Assembly: GCA_031552135.1 (NCBI GenBank)
Contig: JAVBMS010000044.1
Span: forward strand, 3,425-67,424
Length of the DNA stretch: 64,000 nt
Direction of reading: 5' to 3'
Origin: Mailhella sp.
GTDB lineage: Bacteria > Desulfobacterota > Desulfovibrionia > Desulfovibrionales > Desulfovibrionaceae
A program made the position numbers and the translations under genes. Shown piece by piece: positions 48,410-56,227 of the stretch. Position 1 is the first letter of the stretch. Every line of letters begins with the position of its first letter. The notes beneath the pieces were generated by a model, which saw only the letters and a list, made by a program, of their open reading frames with translations, ran no database searches and had not been told where the DNA came from.

Positions 48410-49465
48410 TCAGGCGGTTCCTTCGTCCGCCAGATCGTCCTGCGCGTCCTCTTCTTCTCCTGTTGCCGGGGGCGGCGAAGGCAAAGGACGCGGCGCGGGC
48501 CGGGTGACGTTTGCGGGCAGGAGCGGCTCGGCGATCCGGATGTCGGCCCGCATGATCGCGCGCGTCAGCCACTCGTCAAAGGCCGCGGGCAATTTTTGTT
48601 CCGCCAGCAGGGCCTCAACATGCGCGTAAAGCTCCACCGGCGTCCGGGCGCGGGCGGCGTGGCGGCGCAACAGGATCAGGCATTGCCAGCCGGTGCCAAC
48701 CTGACGGATCGCGGAAGCCTGCCCTTCGTTCATGCGCGCCAGATCCGCGTGCCAGACGTCGGGCGCCCCGGTCAGCGCATGCCGCAGGCGGCGCGCGTCA
48801 AAACCTTTGTCGCGCAGGGCCTGATCGTCCTTGAGCGCGGTGCGCAGCGCTTTTTCCAGCGTTTCGCGATCCTTGCCGCTGAGCAGCAGATATTCCACCC
48901 GTTCCGGGATATCACGCACTTCCGGGTGGGCGGCGATGTAAGCCTCCACTTCGCCCTCGCCAACGGGCGTATTGGAAGACAGCTCTTTTTGCCAGCGCTC
49001 CAGTTCAAGGCGCGCGCGAAGCTGCTCGCGCCACAGATCGGGCGCGATGCCCGCGTCCTCGATAAAAGGAGTGAAGTCCGCGCCGGGAGATTGTTTGTAG
49101 CCGGCGCTGATCAGCGACTCCAGCCGGGTCGTTTCGTCATCGCCGACGCGCAGGCCGCGTTCGTCCAGTTCCTGCCGCACCAAGGCCTGCACGATGAGCT
49201 GGTTCAGGTTGGCCGCGTAATCCGCGCGCAGCTCTTCCAGCGAAAGGTTGTGGGCGGCGGCGACCGTGGGGGCGTTTATGTCGGCCAGGGCTTCAAGCTG
49301 GCGCAGGTACAGCGGCGTGCCGTTGACCGTGGCAACGACGCCGTGCGCCGGCACAGCCGTGGAGCGCGCCTTGACGATGTCCAGCGCCGGCGTCAGCGCC
49401 AGCGCGGCATACAGCGCCAAGCCGCCCAACCCGGCGCATCCCGCCGCAATCCAAACCACTTTCAT
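48410..49465 (-). CDS. SurA N-terminal domain / PpiD-like membrane-anchored chaperone (tentative)
   Basis: N-terminal anchor (MKVVWIAAGCAGLGGLALYAALAL), a VATVNGTPLYLRQLE SurA-N-like start, and an acidic Pro-rich tail. ATG 49465 (GGAGG upstream) is preferred over TTG 49501. Confidence 0.5.
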   Translation of the reverse strand: MKVVWIAAGCAGLGGLALYAALALTPALDIVKARSTAVPAHGVVATVNGTPLYLRQLEALADINAPTVAAAHNLSLEELRADYAANLNQLIVQALVRQELDERGLRVGDDETTRLESLISAGYKQSPGADFTPFIEDAGIAPDLWREQLRARLELERWQKELSSNTPVGEGEVEAYIAAHPEVRDIPERVEYLLLSGKDRETLEKALRTALKDDQALRDKGFDARRLRHALTGAPDVWHADLARMNEGQASAIRQVGTGWQCLILLRRHAARARTPVELYAHVEALLAEQKLPAAFDEWLTRAIMRADIRIAEPLLPANVTRPAPRPLPSPPPATGEEEDAQDDLADEGTA

Positions 49466-49510
49466 GCCTTTGCCTCCGCCGCTGTTATACACAGGGCGCA
49501 ACGATTCGTC

Positions 49511-49550
49511 ATCAAAAACAAAGGAAAGGCTCCGTTCAGGGAACGGAGCC
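49511..49550 (-). terminator. rho-independent terminator of bfr
   Basis: GGCTCCGTTC / GAACGGAGCC forms a 10-bp stem with a 3-nt loop. On the minus strand it is followed by TTTCCTTTGTTTTTGAT. Confidence 0.65.
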
Positions 49551-49587
49551 CGAGGATATTAAGCAAAAGCAGGTTTGGCCGGCACAA

Positions 49588-50073
49588 TCAGCCCATGCCC
49601 GCGATCCTGGCCAGGTAGACGTCGCCAAGCCGGGTCAGGTGGCCGAGCGTATCGTCAAAATAGTCAACATGATCCTGTTCTTCCTGCAAAATCGTTCGCA
49701 GCAGATCCGCGCTGACGTTGTCGCCGTTTTCACGGCAGACGGCGATGAATTCGTTGTACGCCGCTATGGCGCCGTCTTCCAGGTTTTTGTTGTAGGGAAA
49801 AACCGCGTTCAGTTCCTGTTCGCGAATGATTTTTTCCGAAAGATCGTGCGTCGGCTGGCCGCCCAGCGTTTTAATGCGTTCGGCGAGCTTTTCCGCATGT
49901 TTCATCTCGTCGATGGCGATGACTTTTATCTTGTCGGCAAACACCCCGTAATCCATGTCGTCCAGGTTGAAGTGCTGGTTCATGTATTGATGTATGGCGT
50001 GCAATTCCATGCTGCGCGCCTTGTTCAATACATCCAGAACGCACTGCGTGCTTTCGTTCGACTGTTTTTTCAT
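49588..50073 (-). CDS. bfr: bacterioferritin
   Basis: 161 aa with ferritin-like di-iron ligand pattern (ELHAIHQY, DEMKHAEKL, EEQDHVDY). Track ORF trimmed to ATG 50073 (GGAGG upstream). Confidence 0.85.
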   Translation of the reverse strand: MKKQSNESTQCVLDVLNKARSMELHAIHQYMNQHFNLDDMDYGVFADKIKVIAIDEMKHAEKLAERIKTLGGQPTHDLSEKIIREQELNAVFPYNKNLEDGAIAAYNEFIAVCRENGDNVSADLLRTILQEEQDHVDYFDDTLGHLTRLGDVYLARIAGMG

Positions 50074-50144
50074 ACGATTCCTCCGGGTTGAGCGCGTTGA
50101 CAGGAGTAGGCATGGCATTAGGCCAAAACTGATCCACAAAAGGG

Positions 50145-50164
50145 GATAATTCAATGATTTTCAT
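50145..50164. promoter_or_regulatory. Fur-box-like sequence in the bfr / modB divergent region
   Basis: The plus strand reads GATAATTCAATGATTTTCAT. The minus strand reads ATGAAAATCATTGAATTATC and shares TGAAAATC and ATTATC with the feo box. Only one good half-site is present. Confidence 0.3.
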
Positions 50165-50257
50165 AGGATGAGAAATAACACCGCGAGGCGGCGTCACGAA
50201 CAGCGGCCGGAGCGTGACCGGTTTGTCGCGCGGGATCCCCTGGGGTATAGCCTTGGC

Positions 50258-50929
50258 ATGTCCGACTCGTTTCAGGAATTTTTGTTTCCCGTTACGCTTT
50301 CCTTAAAGGTGGCGGGCCTGGCCACGCTGTTTTCCTTTGTGTTCGGCGTGGCGCTGGCCTGGCGCATGGCCCGGCGCTCCGGGCCCATCCGCGCTCTGCT
50401 GGACGCGTTGTGCACCTTGCCCATGGTGCTGCCGCCCACGGTGATCGGCTATTACCTGATCCTGCTCCTCGGGCGGCGCGGCCTTGTCGGCCCCTGGCTG
50501 GCGGAGGCCGGCATCCATATCATGTTCTCCTGGCAGGGCGCCGTGGTCGCGGCCACAGCCGTGGTTTTTCCGCTGGTGTACCGTTCGGCCCGGGCCGCGC
50601 TGGACAGCGTGGATCACACGCTGGAGGACGCGGCGCGCACACTGGGGGCTTCGGAATGGCGGGTTTTTGCGCGCATTTCCTTGCCGCTGGCCCGGCGCGG
50701 CCTGCTGGCGGGCGTGATGCTGGCGTTTGCGCGCGGCATGGGCGAATTTGGCGCGACGCTGATGATCGCGGGCAATCTGCCCGGCAAGACGCAAACGCTG
50801 GCCCTGGCCATTTATTCGGCGTTCCAGGCCGGCAACGACGCCCTGGCCACCCGCTGGGTGCTGCTGACGTCTCTGGTTTGCATGGCGGTTTTGGTCGGCG
50901 CGGAATGCCTGACCCGGAGGCGCGCATGA
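50258..50929 (+). CDS. modB: molybdate ABC transporter permease
   Basis: LPMVLPPTVIGYYLILLLGRRG ... ARTLGASEWRVFARISLPLARRG ... FARGMGEFGATLMIAGNLPGKTQT. Confidence 0.9.
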   Translation: MSDSFQEFLFPVTLSLKVAGLATLFSFVFGVALAWRMARRSGPIRALLDALCTLPMVLPPTVIGYYLILLLGRRGLVGPWLAEAGIHIMFSWQGAVVAATAVVFPLVYRSARAALDSVDHTLEDAARTLGASEWRVFARISLPLARRGLLAGVMLAFARGMGEFGATLMIAGNLPGKTQTLALAIYSAFQAGNDALATRWVLLTSLVCMAVLVGAECLTRRRA

Positions 50930-51654
50930 TCGACGCATCCATCCGCAAGCGCCTGGGCCGGGGGGAACACGGCTTTGTGCTGGATGTGGAGCTGCACCTT
51001 GACGCCGCCTGCCGCCATGCGGTGCTGTTCGGCCCTTCGGGCTCGGGCAAAACGCTGACGCTTCGCGCTTTGGCCGGTTTGCTGGAGCCGGACGAAGGCA
51101 GGATAGAACTGGCGGGAACCTGCGTGTTCGATGCAGAGCGCGGCGTCAACACGCCCGCGCGGGATCGCCGGGTGGGCTTCATGTTTCAGGATTACGCCCT
51201 GTTTCCGCATTTGACGGTGGAAAAAAACGTGGCGTTCGCGCTGGAAGGCGATAGCGGCGCGCGGCGCGCCAGGGTGCGCGAATTGCTGGAATTTTTTGAA
51301 CTGGACGCCCTGATCCGGCGTATGCCCGACGAGCTTTCCGGCGGGCAGCGCCAACGGGTGGCCCTGGCCCGGGCGGTGGCCGCCCGGCCTCGCCTGGTGC
51401 TTCTGGACGAGCCGTTCAGCGCGCTGGATCCGCTTTTGCGCGCGCGCTTGCGGCAGGAGTTCCGGGTCATGCTCGATCGCCTGGATGTGCCAGCCGTGAT
51501 GATCACGCACGATCCAGCCGATGTGGAAGTGTTTGCCGATCAACTGCTGGTGTTCGCCGGGGGGCGCATCCGCCGCTCGCTGGATTTCGCGGCGCGCGAG
51601 GGCGGCGCGTCCATGCCGGAAATTCTGGAAGCCCTGCTGGCCGAAGCCGGATAG
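50926..51654 (+). CDS. modC: molybdate ABC transporter ATP-binding protein, short form without a C-terminal Mop/TOBE domain
   Basis: GPSGSGKTL (Walker A), LSGGQRQRVALARA (signature), LVLLDEPFSALD (Walker B). 242 aa. The start overlaps the modB stop. Confidence 0.8.
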   Translation: MIDASIRKRLGRGEHGFVLDVELHLDAACRHAVLFGPSGSGKTLTLRALAGLLEPDEGRIELAGTCVFDAERGVNTPARDRRVGFMFQDYALFPHLTVEKNVAFALEGDSGARRARVRELLEFFELDALIRRMPDELSGGQRQRVALARAVAARPRLVLLDEPFSALDPLLRARLRQEFRVMLDRLDVPAVMITHDPADVEVFADQLLVFAGGRIRRSLDFAAREGGASMPEILEALLAEAG

Positions 51655-51665
51655 GCGGCCCTGTT

Positions 51666-52208
51666 TCAGGCTTTGCGCGGCGTGGAGCCAGGCTCCGCCT
51701 GGAGCATGAACTGGGCCTGGAACGCGCACATGCGGATCGCGTCGCGATAGGCCCCGTTGCTGAAAAATTCGTCCCTGAGCGTGCCTTCGGGCTGAAAGCC
51801 GAGCTTGGCGTAAATGTGGATGGCCTTATGGTTTTCCGCATCCACCACAAGATAGAGCTTGTGCAGGTTGAGCACCAGAAAAGCGTATTCCATGGCCAGG
51901 CGGGTGGCCGCCGTGGCATGACCCTGGCTTTGGTGCGCGGGATCGATGACAATCTGGAATTCCGCCCGGCGATGGATGTGATTGATTTCGATAAGCTCGA
52001 CAAGGCCCAGGTTCTGGCCGTCTTTTTCCACGACAAAGCGGCGTTCGGTCTGATCGTGGATATGCTTGTCGTAAAGCTCCTGCAATTCCACAAACGCCTC
52101 GTAAGGCTCCTCAAACCAGTAGCGCATGATGGCGGCGTCGTTTTCCAGATTGTGGACAAAGCGGAGATCCTCGCGTTCCAAAGGCCGGAGTCTGACAGCG
52201 GTACTCAT
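51666..52208 (-). CDS. speG: spermidine N1-acetyltransferase (GNAT)
   Basis: [57 protein letters not shown]...[14 protein letters not shown]...[25 protein letters not shown] is collinear with E. coli SpeG as I recall it. Confidence 0.9.
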   Translation of the reverse strand: MSTAVRLRPLEREDLRFVHNLENDAAIMRYWFEEPYEAFVELQELYDKHIHDQTERRFVVEKDGQNLGLVELIEINHIHRRAEFQIVIDPAHQSQGHATAATRLAMEYAFLVLNLHKLYLVVDAENHKAIHIYAKLGFQPEGTLRDEFFSNGAYRDAIRMCAFQAQFMLQAEPGSTPRKA

Positions 52209-52226
52209 GGCTTTCCTCGAGGGATG

Positions 52227-53249
52227 TTAGGGCAACGCCAGGATCACGGCAAAAGCTTTAAAAAGGGCGGTGACGGCCTCGCCGGGCGCCAGCGCCAGCG
52301 CATCCGCGTTGCCGGTGGTGACCAGCGCGCAGACGCGGCTGCCTTCGGGCAGATCCACCAGCACCTCGCACACAAGGTCGGAACGCCGCACGGCTGCCAC
52401 TGTGCCGGCAAAACGGTTGGACACGCCGGGCGCGGCGGGGTTGCGCGTCAGGACAACCCAGGGCGCCTTGACGGTGGCCATGACGGTTTTGCCCCGGCTG
52501 AGCTGAAGATTGAGCAGGCTTTCTTCCGTAATGACGGACACCAGCTTGAGCCCGGTCAGCGTGGTCAGCGCGACTTCGACCATAAAACAGCTTTGGCGCA
52601 GGCCCGAAACCCTGGCCGGGAACACATTGCGCGCGCTGGTCTTCAGCCTGGCCTCGCGCTTGAGGTAGTGCCGGGTCATGGTGTCGATGTCGTCATCGGA
52701 ATACACCAGCAGGCGGTTGGCGCTTTCGAGGCTGGGCTGGCCCAAAAATTTTTGCAGGGCGGGCATGGGCATGCCGCTTTCCAGCATTTCCACGGCGCGG
52801 GCATGGCGGAGCGCCCTTGGCGAAGCGCTTTCGGGCGCGATGCCGCACTCTTTGGCGCGCGCATAAAAATTGCGGCGGATATAGCCCGGATCCAGGGCGG
52901 TCAGCCTTCCGCGCTCCGCGAGCAAAATGTCGCGATGGAACAGGCGGCGCAGTTCCGCCGTGAGCGGGGCGGGCAGGGGGATTTCCCTGACCTGGGCCCC
53001 GGCGACCCGCAACAGGCCGGCGTCCAGATCAAGGTCGCGCTCGTCGTCAACGCGCACGGCTTCGCCAAGGCGCAGGGCCGCATAGCGCAACAGCAAAAAA
53101 AGAACGTACAGGCGCAGGCGGGAGCGCTGGTATTCCGGGCGGATGTTTTTTTCCGCATGGGCGCGGAAGGCGTCCTCCAGACGTTTGAGATCGCCGGGAG
53201 CGAGCGGAGAGGCGGGCAGTTGGGCGGAAGACATGCGGCTTTGTAGCAT
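52227..53249 (-). CDS. tyrosine-recombinase-fold domain fused to two Mop/TOBE domains (candidate molybdate-responsive regulator)
   Basis: Residues ~40-195 align to the integrase catalytic domain (ALRLGEAVRV box I; SPRALRHARAVEML...LGQPSLESANRLLVY box II). Residues ~207-268 and ~277-337 are TOBE repeats (NVFPARVSGL...ATVKAPWVVL; NRFAGTVAAV...ALFKAFAVIL). The start is ATG 53249 or 53234. The longer track ORF would run into modA. Confidence 0.7.
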   Translation of the reverse strand: MLQSRMSSAQLPASPLAPGDLKRLEDAFRAHAEKNIRPEYQRSRLRLYVLFLLLRYAALRLGEAVRVDDERDLDLDAGLLRVAGAQVREIPLPAPLTAELRRLFHRDILLAERGRLTALDPGYIRRNFYARAKECGIAPESASPRALRHARAVEMLESGMPMPALQKFLGQPSLESANRLLVYSDDDIDTMTRHYLKREARLKTSARNVFPARVSGLRQSCFMVEVALTTLTGLKLVSVITEESLLNLQLSRGKTVMATVKAPWVVLTRNPAAPGVSNRFAGTVAAVRRSDLVCEVLVDLPEGSRVCALVTTGNADALALAPGEAVTALFKAFAVILALP

Positions 53250-53358
53250 GAACGCAAACAGAAACAAAGGCGTCACGCATAGAGCGCAAGGAGTGACGAC
53301 GTTGCGGCAGCGCCCCGGCATGGTATGCTGGCAATCATTTTTAACCGGGAGATTCGCC

Positions 53359-54084
53359 ATGCGCACCTTTTCGCTGCTTGCGTTGTCGCTTGTTCTGATG
53401 CTGCCCGGCGGCGCTTTTGCCGTGGATATCACGGTTTCCGCCGCCGCCAGTTTGACGAACGCTTTTACCGAACTGAAGGATAATTTTGAAAAAAATCATC
53501 CGGACATCCACGTCACGCTCAATTTCGCGGCCTCCAACCCCTTGCTGGAACAAATCCGCCAGGGCGCGCCCGTGGACGTTTTTGCCTCCGCCGATCAGGA
53601 AACCATGGACAAGGCGCAGCAGGCCAATCTAATCGATCCGGCCAGCCGCCGCGATTTCGCTTCCAACAGCCTGGTGCTGATCGTGCCGGAGGGCGGCTCC
53701 GCCATCCGGGGGCTGGCGGACTTGTCTTCGGCCAAACGCATCGCCGTGGGCAACCCCGATTCCGTTCCCGCCGGGCGTTACGCCAAAAAAGTGCTGACAA
53801 GCGCCGGGCTGTGGGAAACGCTGACCCCCCTCCTGACGCCTGGCGAAAATGTGCGCCAGGTGCTGGACTATGTGGCGCGCGGCGAGGTGGACGCGGGTTT
53901 TGTCTACGCGACCGACGCGGCCATTGCCAAGGTGCGCGTTGTGGAGCAACTGGACGGCGCGGTCTCGTACCCCGTGGCCGTGACGGCCGCCTCCGCCCAT
54001 AAGGCCGAGGCCCGCGCGTTCATTGACTTTCTGTTTTCGCCGACCGGACGCGGCACGCTGCAAAAATACGGGTTTGGTGAATAG
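53359..54084 (+). CDS. modA: molybdate ABC transporter substrate-binding protein
   Basis: Signal peptide MRTFSLLALSLVLMLPGGAFA, then ITVSAAASLTNAF, FAASNPLLEQIRQGAPVDVFASAD, IAVGNPDSVPAGRYA. Confidence 0.9.
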   Translation: MRTFSLLALSLVLMLPGGAFAVDITVSAAASLTNAFTELKDNFEKNHPDIHVTLNFAASNPLLEQIRQGAPVDVFASADQETMDKAQQANLIDPASRRDFASNSLVLIVPEGGSAIRGLADLSSAKRIAVGNPDSVPAGRYAKKVLTSAGLWETLTPLLTPGENVRQVLDYVARGEVDAGFVYATDAAIAKVRVVEQLDGAVSYPVAVTAASAHKAEARAFIDFLFSPTGRGTLQKYGFGE

Positions 54085-54203
54085 CCGCCCGCGCAAACTT
54101 CCGGGCGTCCCCTTCCTGTCTCCCTGGTTGGCGGCTGACGGTTGACTTCGGGCCGAAAAAGCCGTGTTGTAGGCCGTCCACGTTTAACCAAAGGAAGGAC
54201 ACC

Positions 54204-54617
54204 ATGCACGAAAAGCAGGCCCTGTACGCGCAGGACGCTCCGGAAGCCGTCGGCCCCTACGTCCCCGGCGTTCGCGCCGGGGCGTTCGTGTTCACCTCGG
54301 GGCAGATTCCGCTCGATCCCACCACCGGCGCCCTGGTGGAAGGCGACATCGCCGTGCAGGCCGAGCGCTGCCTGCGGAACGTCGAGGCCGTGCTGCGCGC
54401 CGGAGGGGCGTCGATGGATCAGGTGGTGAAGATGACGGTGTTTTTGACCGACATGAACGACTTTGCCGCGGTCAACGAAGTTTACGCCCGCCATGTGCAG
54501 ACGGCCGCCCGCTCCTGCGTGGCCGTGCGCGCGCTGCCCAAGGGCGCGCGGATCGAAATGGAAGCCGTGGCCTTTGCGCCCTGCTGCCGCCACAGCGAAC
54601 AGGGGGCCTCATGCTGA
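54204..54617 (+). CDS. ridA: RidA/YjgF family reactive-intermediate deaminase
   Basis: APEAVGPYVPGVRAGAFVFTSGQIPLDPTTG...MTVFLTDMNDFAAVNEVY...ARSCVAVRALPKGARIEMEAVA. Confidence 0.9.
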   Translation: MHEKQALYAQDAPEAVGPYVPGVRAGAFVFTSGQIPLDPTTGALVEGDIAVQAERCLRNVEAVLRAGGASMDQVVKMTVFLTDMNDFAAVNEVYARHVQTAARSCVAVRALPKGARIEMEAVAFAPCCRHSEQGASC

Positions 54618-54841
54618 ACCTGGCGTACCTGCTGGAACTGGAAGCTTACATGAACTCCGGCTCCATGGAGGAAGACTTTAAATGGTCGGCCGAGGAACGG
54701 CGCGCCGAGATGCTGGAGTTTCTTGAAAAATTGATGGATATTGGCGAATTGGCGGATGCCACGGCCACGGCCATGATCTTCAGGGGCTCTCAGCTTGGCG
54801 CGCTGATGGGCGTTTCGTCCGGCGAAAAAGAAGCCAAGTAG
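54611..54841 (+). CDS. small acidic hypothetical protein (76 aa)
   Basis: The ATG overlaps the ridA stop (ATGCTGA). Third codon positions are mostly G/C, as in neighbouring genes. I recognise no family. The 3' end overlaps the rsmG 3' end by about 52 nt on the opposite strand. Confidence 0.4.
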   Translation: MLNLAYLLELEAYMNSGSMEEDFKWSAEERRAEMLEFLEKLMDIGELADATATAMIFRGSQLGALMGVSSGEKEAK

Positions 54842-55446
54842 CGTTTATCCCCGCCCACGTCATAGGCAAGGGCGTCGGCCCTGCGCCACAGCGCGCCGCT
54901 AATCTCCGGCGCGTCGGGCAGGGCTTCGCCGGTCATCAGCAACACGCGCCCGCCCGGCGCGAGATGGGGCCGCGCCAGGGCCAGCACGTCGCGCCAGGGC
55001 AAAAAAGCGCGGCTGAGAATGATGTCCGCGTGTTTGCCCCGCATAAAGGCCTCGGCCCGGCCCCGGAAGACATGGGTGCGCGGCAGACGCAGGCGCGCCA
55101 GCGCCGTGGAAAGAAACAGCGCGCGTTTTTCCCGCGCTTCCACCAGCCAATAGGTGCCGGCATTCCAGAGCGCGCGCAGGGGCAGGCCGGGCAAACCCGC
55201 GCCCGCGCCCAAGTCCCAGACTTCGGGCTGCGCGTGCGGGCCGCGCTCCAAAAAGCGGGCCAGCCAAAAGCTGTCGATAACCAGCGTGGAGAGCGCGCTT
55301 TGCCAGTCGCGCGCGCCCACCAGATTCATGCGCGCGTTCCAGCGCATCAGCAGATCGAGATACGAGGCCAGAAGCTCCGCCTGCGCGGCGTCCGGCGAAA
55401 ATCCGGCTTTGGCGCACAGCGCGGCGACGTCTTCAGGAGCGGGCAT
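54790..55446 (-). CDS. rsmG: 16S rRNA (guanine527-N7)-methyltransferase
   Basis: LLMRWNARMNLVG ... VWDLGAGAGLPGLPLR (SAM-binding site) ... ADIILSRAF. Confidence 0.85.
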   Translation of the reverse strand: MPAPEDVAALCAKAGFSPDAAQAELLASYLDLLMRWNARMNLVGARDWQSALSTLVIDSFWLARFLERGPHAQPEVWDLGAGAGLPGLPLRALWNAGTYWLVEAREKRALFLSTALARLRLPRTHVFRGRAEAFMRGKHADIILSRAFLPWRDVLALARPHLAPGGRVLLMTGEALPDAPEISGALWRRADALAYDVGGDKRYLASFSPDETPISAPS

Positions 55447-56203
55447 TCCAGCCCTCGAATGTGTCGCGGATAAAAGCGAATACCTGGGCCTGGCCGGCCT
55501 TGCCGTTGCCTTCCATGCGGACAGGCGCGCCGAAACGGATATGGATAGGTTTTTGCGGGCGGATCCAGCCGATGTCCTTGAGCAGCGCGCCCGTGCCCCA
55601 GGCGTCGGTTTTCAGCGCCACGGGGATGACGGGCACGTCGGCGCGCTTGGCCAGCTTGCTGCCCAGACTGCTGAAGTGCTCTTCGTCCACCATGGGCGAG
55701 CGCGTGCCCTGCGGGAAGATGATCACGGAGCGCCCGGCCGCCAGATGTTTTTGGCCTTCTTCCAGCACCGTGGCCAGATCCTCGCGCGGGTTGACCCGGC
55801 CCACCACGATGGGATCGCGCGATTGGAGCACCGGCCCCAGGCAGGGGTATTTGAGCAGCGCGCCCTTGACCACAAATGTGGCGTCTTTGACCGGCTGGAT
55901 GATGCAGGGCAGAAAAAACGTTTCCAGCGTGCTCATGTGGTTGGCGACAAAGACGCACGGCCCGGCCGTATCCGTCACGTTCGCAAAGCCCTCAATATGG
56001 ATGGACGCGCCCACGCGCTCCATGGCCATGCCCACTTCCGCGCTGCTGTTGGCCCAGTCCTGTCCGGTATAGGCGCCGGCATTGGCCAGCTTGCCCGCGC
56101 GGTACAGAATGCCCGCCATGGCGGCGTAAAAGCGCAGGCTGGGAAAAGCGCCCGGCCGGGCATTCGCGGTGTGGTAGTCTCTGGCGTAGGAGCGGTAGTC
56201 CAT
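55433..56203 (-). CDS. plsC: 1-acyl-sn-glycerol-3-phosphate (lysophospholipid) acyltransferase
   Basis: FVANHMSTLETF (HX4D/E-type motif) and VIIFPQGTRS (FPEGTR-like motif). Confidence 0.8.
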   Translation of the reverse strand: MDYRSYARDYHTANARPGAFPSLRFYAAMAGILYRAGKLANAGAYTGQDWANSSAEVGMAMERVGASIHIEGFANVTDTAGPCVFVANHMSTLETFFLPCIIQPVKDATFVVKGALLKYPCLGPVLQSRDPIVVGRVNPREDLATVLEEGQKHLAAGRSVIIFPQGTRSPMVDEEHFSSLGSKLAKRADVPVIPVALKTDAWGTGALLKDIGWIRPQKPIHIRFGAPVRMEGNGKAGQAQVFAFIRDTFEGWNARS

Positions 56204-56227
56204 GCTCTCGTCCTCATTCGTTCACGA

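Noticed and set aside
52227-53249. Integrase-like gene taken as a marker of a mobile element or genomic island.
   Set aside because: It is fused in frame to two TOBE domains, lacks the core-binding domain, and has substitutions at two catalytic His positions. It sits between mod genes with no flanking direct or inverted repeats, tRNA or phage genes visible. I treated it as a domesticated regulator candidate instead.
53316-53337. Sigma54-like promoter (GGCATGGTATGCTGGCA) in front of modA.
   Set aside because: The GG and GC dinucleotides are not separated by the canonical 10 nt of TGGCAC-N5-TTGC in any register I tried.
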